Source: Macrostomum lignano | Taxonomy: Eukaryota | Reading direction: 5' to 3' | Assembly (NCBI GenBank): GCA_002269645.1 | Contig: NIVC01000084.1 | Location: 372,001 to 436,000, forward strand | DNA length: 64,000 bases | Shown: in pieces, positions 55,701-64,000 of the stretch | How positions within the stretch are numbered: position 1 is the first letter of the stretch | Layout of the letters: every line of letters begins with the position of its first letter | Made by a program: the position numbers and the translations under genes | The notes under the pieces: model-generated | What the model saw: the letters and a program-made list of their open reading frames with translations, nothing else | Told to the model about the DNA's origin: nothing | Databases searched by the model: none

Positions 55701-58700
55701 TCGAATACCATCGGTCGGCACAGTCCGGCAGCTGTGCAAGCCAGAATCTGTCTGGGCAGGCTTCTGGCCGATGTGCCTTCGGGGGAGTACCGTCCGGAGG
55801 CTGAGCAGCTGGCTGATGAAGCTCTAGAAGCGCTGATTGACAGCCAACCAGCTCAAGGGCACCTGCTGCTCAGAGCTAAACTCCAGTTGGCTAAGTAGGC
55901 CATTTTTTAGTCTGTCAGATTTTTTATTCTGAGATTTTTAGTCTGAAATATTTGAGTCTGAGGTTTTGAGTCTGTGGGATTTTGAGCTGTGAGATTTTGA
56001 GTCTGTGAGATTTTGAGTCTGTGAGATTTTGAGTCTGAGATGTTAAGTCTGGGATTTGGATAATGAGATTTTGAGTCTGTGAGATTTTGAGTCTGGGTGA
56101 TTTTGAGTCTGAGATGTTAAGTCTGGGATTTGGATACTGAGATTTTGAGTCTGTGAGATTTTGAATCTGGGAGATTTTGAATCTATGAGATTTTGAATCT
56201 GGGAGAGTTTGAGTCTGGGATTTTGAATCTGTGAGATTTTGAATCTGTGAGATTTTGAATCTGGGTGATTTTTAGTCTCTGAGATTTGAGCCTTTGAGAT
56301 TTTGAATCTGAGAGATGTTGAATCTATGAGATTTTGAATCTGGGAGAGTTTGAGTCTGGGATTTTGAGTATGAGATTTTGAATCTGGGAGAGTTTGAGTC
56401 TGGGATTTTGAATCTGTGAGATTTTGAATCTGGGAGAGTTTGAGTCTGGGATTTTGAATCTGTGAGATTTTGAATCTGGGAGAGTTTGAGTCTGGGATTT
56501 TGAATCTATGAGATTTTGAATCTGGGAGAGTTTGAGTCTGGGATTTTGAATCTGTGAGATTTTGAATCTGTGAGATTTTGAATCTGTGAGATTTTGAATC
56601 TGTGAGATTTTGAATCTGTGAGATTTTGAATCTGAGAGATGTTGAATCTATGAGATTTTGAATCTGGGAGAGTTTGAGTCTGGGATTTTGAGTATGAGAT
56701 TTTGAATCTCGGAGATTTTGAATCTGGGAGAGTTTGAGTCTGGGATTTTGAGTATGAGATTTTGAGTCTGTCAAATTCTGAGTCTGGGATTTTGAGTCTG
56801 GTTGATTTCGAATCTATGATATTTTGAGTCTGATATTTTGAGTCTGCTAGTCACTGCATGAGTCTGTCAATTTTAATTGTTTAACTCGGCTATTAGATCA
56901 ACATTTGGTAAACTTGGGTCATCTAATTGAGATTCAATAATTTAAATACTTTTTTCATCTCTAAAGGCTGCACCGAGCCGCCGGCAATCCCAAACGAGCC
57001 CTTGCCCTGGCCAATGACGTCATCGAACAGACTGAATGCTACGGCTCTTATATTCGATGGCTAGACCAGGCCTACATTCTCGCTATTGAGTTGGTAAGCG
57101 AGTCCAAAGACTTGGCTGAAGCTGCTGCTGCAACGACGACAAGCGATGAGATGACGGCTAAACGGCAAGATTGGCTGAGCAGGCATCCGATGTCGCGGTC
57201 TGCTCAGGGCCTGGATTGGGCCACTTTGCACGATCGACCCGACAAAGAGTTCTTTCGGCGATTCCGGGCCTGGGGCGACGACAGGAAGGAACTGGTGAGG
57301 CAGGTCGCTGCCGCCGCAGCCGCTGCCGCTGCCACCACGGCAGATGGTCAGGGAGCTGAAGGCAGCAAAACTGAGTGAGTTTGAGCGCGCTCTAAACAGC
57401 TCTACCCTGGTCTGATTCTGTTAGAATGTGTTTTCACTCTGTGAATCAAGGTGTCTAGTTTGGTTAAGAACGTGTCTAGCTCGGTTGAGAACGTGTCTAG
57501 TTCGGTTAAGAACGTGTCTAGTTCGGTTAAGAACGTGTCTAGTTCGGTTAAGAACGTGTCTAGTTCGGTTAAGAACGTGTCTGGTTCGGTTAAGAACGTG
57601 TCTGGTTCGGTTAAGAACGTGTCTAGTTCGGTTAAGAACGTGTCTGGTTCGGTTAAGAACGTGTCTGGTTCGGTTAAGAACGTGTCTGGTTCGGTTAAGA
57701 ACGTGTCTAGTTCGGTTAAGAACGTGTCTGGTTCGGTTAAGAACGTGTCTAGTTCGGTTAAGAACGTGTCTGGTTCGGTTAAGAACGTGTCTGGTTCGGT
57801 TAAGAACGTGTCTAGTTCGGTTAAGAACGTGTCTGGTTCGGTTAAGAACGTGTCTAGTTCGGTTAAGAACGTGTCTAGTTCGGTTAAGAACGTGTCTAGT
57901 TCGGTTAAGAACGTGTCTAGTTCGGTTAAAAACGTGTCTAGTTCGGTTAAAAACGTGTCTAGTTCGGTTAAGAACGTGTCTAGTTCGGTTAAGAACGTGT
58001 CTAATTCGTTTAAGAACGTGTCTGGTTAAAAACTCACTTTACCAGAACTCACTTTGAACATTCTTTTCAGACAAAATAAAGCCAAAGCAGCTCAAAACCC
58101 AGAGTCCAGAACTGCTGTTGACGGATCCGAGACGGCAGCTGAAGCAAAACAGCAACGCGTGATAAAATGTGCGATTTCTTTCAGTTTAAATTAAGAATAT
58201 TTGTCCTTAAAAGGCTTTTTATATTAAGAAATCATCTTGTTTATCTTTAATTCCACAGTGCTGCTCATAGGCGATTCCGGAGTCGGGAAATCCTGCATGT
58301 TGCGCAGATTTGCTGAAAACTCATTTGACGAAAGTCAAAACGCGACGCCAACAATTGGTGTGGACTTCAAAATTGTTCAAAATGAAATCGATGGGTTAAG
58401 CATCAAGTGCCAGATCTGGGACACCGCTGGACAAGAGAGGTGATTCCTTGCATTTTTACTTGTGCGCACTTGCCTCTGATAAACCCCGAATCTCTACCCC
58501 CTAATGTACACTTATCTCTTACCTACCCCATTCAATCTCTACCCCTCCAAATGTACAATTGTCTCTTATCGACCCATTCAATCTCTACCCCTTCCAAATG
58601 TACACTTGTCTCTTATCAACTCATTCAATCTCTACCCCTTCCAAATGTACACTTGTCTGACCAACCCCATTCAATCTCTACCCCCTAATGTACACTTGCC

Positions 58701-61700
58701 TCTGACTTCAACAAAACTCCAGATTCCGCACGATAACATCATCCTACTATCGAGGCTGCGCCGGCGCTCTGCTGGTCTTCGACGCCTCGAACCGCGACAG
58801 CTTCGACAGCTGCGAGCGCTGGCTGCAGGAGCTGCGGGCCTCCGCGCCAGAGTCCGTGCACGTGGTTCTGGTGGCCAACAAGAGCGACTCGGATGAGGCC
58901 GCCGTGACTCAGGAGGAGGCGGCCGAGTTCGCCAAGTCGCACGGCATCGAGCTGTGCTGGGGCGTCAGCGCCCGCACCGGACAGAATGTCGGCCAGGCAT
59001 TCAGGGGCCTGCAGAGTCGGGTGCTGCAGAGCAAAGTTGATGGGTTAGTTATTGAACTACCGAAAGTTTCAAAATAGAAAGCATAGCAACACTATAGTCT
59101 CGCATAGCAACACGCTAGTCTCGCATGGCAACACGATACTCTCGCATGGTAACCAAGAACTTAGAGTTTCGCCTTCCCACAGACTGAGTTCAAATCAGGC
59201 TCCAATGAATTCAACTGACATGCGACAATTGCCTCAGTTGGTGCCTAAGAAAAGTGAAAATTCTAACGAACATATTGATTATCAGATAAAAGGTAAGCAG
59301 GATTGAACTTTTTTATTGTAGAAGGTAAAAATAAAGAATTATTGTATTACGCTCATTCAATTTATCATTCAGTTCTTCTAATTGGCGACTCCGGTGTTGG
59401 AAAGTCCAGCTTGCTTCAGCGATTTGCAGACAAAGAATTTGATGCCACTAACGAAATGCAACAAACCATTGGAGTGGAATTTCGAGCTGTGAAAGACAAT
59501 ATTGATGGCTGTCGAGTCAAGAGTGTGTTCTGGGACACAGCTGGTGCGGAGAGGTAAGTTTGAGATGGAATTACGCTAGCCTGAGAAGGCTTATATGCTA
59601 GACAGAGGCCTCACACCTGTTAGACTGGGGCTTCACACTTGTTAGACAGAGGCCTCACACCTATTAGACTGGGGCTTCACACTTGTTAGACAGAGGCCTC
59701 ACACCTGTTAGACTGGAGCTTCACACTTGTTAGACAGAGGCCTCACACCTGTTAGACTGGGGCTTTAATCTGTTAGACAGAGGCCTCACACCTGTTAGAC
59801 AGAGGCCTCACACCTGTTAGACAGAGGCCTCACACCTGTTAGACAGAGGCCTCACACCTGTTAGACAGAGGCCTCACACCTGTTAGACAGAGGACTCACA
59901 CCTGTTAGACAGAGGCCTCACACCTGTTAGACAGAGGCCTCACACCTGTTAGACAGAGGCCTCACACCTGTTAGACTGGGGCTTCACACCTGTTAGACAG
60001 AGACACCTGTTAGACTGGGGCCAAACCCTTCCATAAATTACCCGAAATCCGCAGGTTCCGCTCCATCACGAGCGCCTACTACCGAGGCTGCGCCGGCGCT
60101 CTGCTGGTCTTTGACGCCTCGAACCGCGACAGCTTCGACAGCTGCGAGCGCTGGCTGCAGGAGCTGCGGGCCTCCGCGCCAGAGTCCGTGCCCGTGGCTC
60201 TGGTGGCCAACAAGAGCGACTCGGATGAGGCCGCCGTGACTCAGGAGGAGGCGGCCGAGTTCGCCAAGTCGCACGGCGTCGAGCTGTGCTGGGGGGTCAG
60301 CGCCCGCACCGGACAGAATGTCGGCCAGGCATTCAGGGGCCTGCAGAGTCGGGTGCTGCAGAGCCAGAGCCAGCAATTCGGGTTGGTATTTGGCCTTCGC
60401 AACAGCATTTCATCCATTTAGCTATACATTCTCATCGTCATAGCAACACAACGTCATCCACATAGCAACACAACTTCGTCCCATGGCAACACAATCTCAA
60501 GCACATAGCAACACGATTTCATCCCCATAGCAACACAACTTCATCCCCATAACAACGCAAATATTTTCTCTTTAAAACCGATTCCTAGTTTGGCACAGAC
60601 CCAGCAGTCAAACGAATCGGCTACTTTCGCTCCGAAGGCCATCAATACGAGTAAATCTACTGAGCAGTCGAAGGAGTCTCCCATTTCGAAGCCAGCAGCA
60701 GTGGGACAGGCAAACCTGAACGATGATCGCTCTCCTGACTATGTGATAAAAAGTGAGATATAGCATCCTTGTCTTTACCATCTGACTGTTACGTGGGTGC
60801 GAAGTGAGATGGATATGCGGAGTGAGCTGGGTGCGGAGTGCGGCGGGTGTGGAGTGAGGTGGGTGTGGAGTGAGGTGGGTGTGGAGTGAGCTGGGTGCGG
60901 AGTGCGGCGGGTGTGGAGTGAGGTGGGTGTGGAGTGAGCTGGGTGCGGAGTGCGGCGGGTGTGGAGTGAGGTGGGCGCGGGGTGAGGTGGGTGCGGAGTG
61001 AGGTGGGTGCGGAGTGAGGTGGGTGCGGAGTGAGGTGGGCGTGAAGTGGGGTGTGTGTGGAGTGAGGTGGGTGTGGAGTGAGGTGGGTGTGGAGTGAGGT
61101 GGGTGTGGAGTGAGGTGGATGTGGAGTGAGCTGGGTGCGGAGTGCAGTGGGTGTGGAGTGAGGTGGGTGTGGAGTGAGCTGGGTGCGGAGTGCGGCGGTT
61201 GTGGAGTGAGGTGGGCGCGGGGTGAGGTGGGTGCGGAGTGAGGTGGGTGCGGAGTGAGGTGGGTGCGGAGTGAGGTGGGCGTGAAGTGGGGTGGGTGGAG
61301 TGAGGTGGGTGTGGAGTGAGCTGGGTGCGGAGTGCGGCGGGTGTGGAGTGAGGTGGGCGCGGGGTGAGGTGGGTGCGGAGTGAGGTGGGTGCGGAGTGAG
61401 GTGGGTGCGGAGTGAGGTGGGCGTGAAGTGGGGTGTGTGTGGAGTGAGGTGGGTGTGGAGTGAGGTGGGTGTGTAGTGAGGTGGGTGCGGAATGAGGTGA
61501 GTGCGGAGTGAGGTGGGTGCGGAGTGGAGTGAGGTTCGGAGGTGGGTGCAGAGTGAGGTGGGTGTGAGAATGCTCACAATGCCCACACCCACACGCAGCG
61601 GTGCTAATCGGAGACTCCGGCGTCGGCAAGTCCTGCCTGGTCCGCCAATTTATTGACCAGGAATTTGACGAGAGCCTCAAGGCAACGCCCACCATCGGAG

Positions 61701-64000
61701 TGGACTTTCGCGTGGTGAACAGCGACATTGACGGGTCGCGAGTGAAAACTCAGATTTGGGATACGGCAGGACAACAGAGGTGAGGTTGAAGTTGGATAGC
61801 TCGCTCTTTCCTTTATTAACTTTATTTTTGGACGAAATTGTGTTATAAAACCCATTAGATTTACACATAAGTTACTATCATTAACTCATTAGACAGCAAG
61901 GACCTTAACACCTGGATCATAATAACTGAATCATGAATCTAGGCTCATAAACCTATATTAAAACACCGGAATCATGACACTCAAATTATAAATCTTGGAT
62001 CATAATTATCTGAATCATAACACCTGGATCATTACACCTGGATTATAACACCTGGATTATAACACCTGGATTATAACACCTGGATCATAACACCTGGATT
62101 ATAACACCTGGATTATAACACCTGGATTATAACACCTGGATCGTACCACCTGGATCATAACACCCGGATCATAACACCCGGATTAGAACACCTGGATCAT
62201 AACACCTGGACCATAATACCTGAATCATAACACCTGGATCATAAAACTTAAACCATAACACCCCTTAGACCGCCCTTCGCCCCTCCCCGACATCCGCAGG
62301 TTCCGCTCCATCACGAGCGCCTACTACCGAGGCTGCGCCGGCGCTCTGCTGGTCTTCGACGCCTTGAACCGCGACAGCTTCGACAGCTGCGAGCGCTGGC
62401 TGCAGGAGCTGCGGGCCTCCGCGCCAGAGTCCACGCCCGTGGCTCTGGTGGCCAACAAGAGCGACTCGGATGAGGCCGCCGTGACTCAGGAGGAGGCGGC
62501 CGAGTTCGCCAAGTCGCACGGCGTCGAGCTGTGCTGGGGGTCAGCGCCCGCACCGGACAGAATGTCGGCCAGGCATTCAGGGGCCTGCAGAGTCGGGTGC
62601 TGCAGAGCCAGAGCCAGCAATTCGGGTTGGTATTTGGCCTTCGCAACAGCATTTCATCCATTTAGCTATACATTCTCATCGTCATAGCAACACAACGTCA
62701 TCCACATAGCAACACAACTTCGTCCCCATGGCAACACAATCTCAAGCACATAGCAACACGATTTCATCCCCATAGCAACACAACTTCATCCCCATAACAA
62801 CGCAAATATTTTCTCTTTAAAACCGATTCCTAGTTTGGCACAGACCCAGCAGTCAAACGAATCGGCTACTTTCGCTCCGAAGGCCATCAATACGAGTAAA
62901 TCTACTGAGCAGTCGAAGGAGTCTCCCATTTCGAAGCCAGCAGCAGTGGGACAGGCAAACCTGAACGATGATCGCTCTCCTGACTATGTGATAAAAAGTG
63001 AGATATAGCATCCTTGTCTTTACCATCTGACTGTTACGTGGGTGCGAAGTGAGATGGATATGCGGAGTGAGCTGGGTGCGGAGTGCGGCGGGTGTGGAGT
63101 GAGGTGGGTGTGGAGTGAGGTGGGTGTGGAGTGAGCTGGGTGCGGAGTGCGGCGGGTGTGGAGTGAGGTGGGTGTGGAGTGAGCTGGGTGCGGAGTGCGG
63201 CGGGTGTGGAGTGAGGTGGGCGCGGGGTGAGGTGGGTGCGGAGTGAGGTGGGTGCGGAGTGAGGTGGGTGCGGAGTGAGGTGGGCGTGAAGTGGGGTGTG
63301 TGTGGAGTGAGGTGGGTGTGGAGTGAGGTGGGTGTGGAGTGAGGTGGGTGTGGAGTGAGGTGGATGTGGAGTGAGCTGGGTGCGGAGTGCAGTGGGTGTG
63401 GAGTGAGGTGGGTGTGGAGTGAGCTGGGTGCGGAGTGCGGCGGTTGTGGAGTGAGGTGGGCGCGGGGTGAGGTGGGTGCGGAGTGAGGTGGGTGCGGAGT
63501 GAGGTGGGTGCGGAGTGAGGTGGGCGTGAAGTGGGGTGGGTGGAGTGAGGTGGGTGTGGAGTGAGCTGGGTGCGGAGTGCGGCGGGTGTGGAGTGAGGTG
63601 GGCGCGGGGTGAGGTGGGTGCGGAGTGAGGTGGGTGCGGAGTGAGGTGGGTGCGGAGTGAGGTGGGCGTGAAGTGGGGTGTGTGTGGAGTGAGGTGGGTG
63701 TGGAGTGAGGTGGGTGTGTAGTGAGGTGGGTGCGGAATGAGGTGAGTGCGGAGTGAGGTGGGTGCGGAGTGGAGTGAGGTTCGGAGGTGGGTGCAGAGTG
63801 AGGTGGGTGTGAGAATGCTCACAATGCCCACACCCACACGCAGCGGTGCTAATCGGAGACTCCGGCGTCGGCAAGTCCTGCCTGGTCCGCCAATTTATTG
63901 ACCAGGAATTTGACGAGAGCCTCAAGGCAACGCCCACCATCGGAGTGGACTTTCGCGTGGTGAACAGCGACATTGACGGGTCGCGAGTGAAAACTCAGAT
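49797..64000 (+). CDS. CARD - helical/TPR-like - tandem multi-Rab GTPase protein (at least 4 Rab domains; runs off the window; 1-bp frameshift at ~62540)
   Basis: Exons 49797-49849, 50511-50765 (CARD), ~52117-52890, 53385-53649, 54109-54233, 54308-54413, 55365-55894, 56967-57374, 58071-58168, 58259-58439, 58723-59043, 59183-59292, 59373-59553, 60055-60381, 60589-60752, 61599-61779, 62300-62625, 62834-62997, 63844-end. Every junction is GT-AG and phase-matched through 61779. The first ATG exon and the 52117 acceptor are less certain. Confidence 0.8.
50511..50765 (+). other. CARD (death-fold) domain exon
   Basis: [35 protein letters not shown]...[15 protein letters not shown]...WYNKF follows the CARD pattern (L..NR..LV..L.V..V.DYL....IL....; R..K.R.LLD.LP.K). 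Confidence 0.85.
50910..52085. repeat. ~29-31-bp intronic minisatellite (CCCTCTAGATCTAATTTGCACCAGAGTTG)
   Basis: About 39 copies. Confidence 0.96.
55930..56850. repeat. Degenerate 15-16-bp-based intronic repeat (GAGATTTTGAATCTG[T/G])
   Basis: Direct reading. Confidence 0.92.
57452..58027. repeat. 21-bp minisatellite (AAGAACGTGTCTAGTTCGGTT) in the intron joining the TPR and Rab regions
   Basis: About 27 copies. Confidence 0.97.
58259..59043 (+). other. Rab domain 1 (exon A 58259-58439, exon B 58723-59043)
   Basis: [49 protein letters not shown]. Confidence 0.95.
58490..58700. repeat. ~46-bp intronic minisatellite (TACACTTGTCTCTT..CCCATTCAATCTCTACCCC..AAATG)
   Basis: About 5 copies. Confidence 0.85.
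59373..60381 (+). other. Rab domain 2 (exon A 59373-59553, exon B 60055-60381)
   Basis: DYQIK|[46 protein letters not shown]. Confidence 0.95.
59590..60020. repeat. 22-bp intronic minisatellite (CACCTGTTAGACAGAGGCCTCA)
   Basis: Direct reading. Confidence 0.93.
60790..61565. repeat. 16-bp G-rich intronic minisatellite (GGTGGGTGCGGAGTGA)
   Basis: Direct reading; duplicated at 63035-63810. Confidence 0.95.
61599..62625 (+). other. Rab domain 3 (exon A 61599-61779, exon B 62300-62625 with a 1-bp deletion)
   Basis: DYVIK|[32 protein letters not shown]. The G-run at ~62536-62540 has 5 G versus 6 G in domain 2. Confidence 0.9.
61905..62250. repeat. 14-bp intronic minisatellite (CCTGGATTATAACA)
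   Basis: Direct reading. Confidence 0.9.
63035..63810. repeat. Second copy of the G-rich 16-bp intronic minisatellite
   Basis: Apparently identical to 60790-61565. Confidence 0.95.
63844..64000 (+). other. Rab domain 4, exon A (truncated by the window end)
   Basis: cag|CGGTGCTAATCGGAGACTCC..., identical to 61599 onward. Confidence 0.92.

Larger units (their letters stand above)
60048..64000 (+). repeat. Tandem segmental duplication with a 2245-bp period (about 60048-62292 repeated from about 62293)
   Basis: Exon starts 60055/62300, 60589/62834 and 61599/63844 each differ by 2245. ORF translations 60775-61728 and 63020-63973 are identical. Confidence 0.95.

Noticed and set aside
60775-63973. 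His/Thr/Pro-rich minus-strand ORFs (317 and 267 aa, each twice)
   Set aside because: Antisense to Rab exon A plus the G-rich intronic minisatellite.
58237-64000. A cluster of independent Rab genes or pseudogenes, as the ORF track suggests
   Set aside because: The listed starts are TTG/GTG or intronic, no unit has a stop or prenylation motif after exon B, and linker exons join consecutive units in frame.

Overview
Animal genomic DNA with spliceosomal GT-AG introns, heavily loaded with (TCTG)n/(GATA)n microsatellites and many unrelated intronic minisatellites. This style suggests the flatworm Macrostomum lignano, but that is inference only. Most long ORFs in the supplied track are repeat artefacts. 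Genes reconstructed by hand: (1) the 3' part of an EGF+TSP1 single-pass membrane protein (+, 3835-5463); (2) a complete 16-exon FRMD3/FRMD5-like FERM-FA-TM gene (+, 9922-22744, 793 aa); (3,4) two intronless paralogous four-EF-hand calmodulin-like genes (+, 32246-32707 and 45599-46099); (5) a 3-exon CFAP90/C5orf49 gene (-, 48483-49391); (6) head-to-head with it, a large gene (+, 49797 to beyond 64000) whose exons join in frame to give CARD - helical/TPR-like region - Rab - Rab - Rab - Rab(partial). This CARD-TPR-poly-Rab chain is the standout finding. It has grown by duplication of an exon-A/exon-B/linker module, shows homogenised B exons, has one homopolymer frameshift in domain 3, and has a splice donor overlapping a stop codon at the TPR/Rab junction. 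Mobile DNA includes two P-superfamily-like TIR elements with 8-bp TSDs (one carries a THAP remnant), a tRNA-derived SINE family (3 copies or fragments), a palindromic MITE-like element and an interstitial (TAACCC)n tract. No rRNA, true tRNA or CRISPR array is supported.
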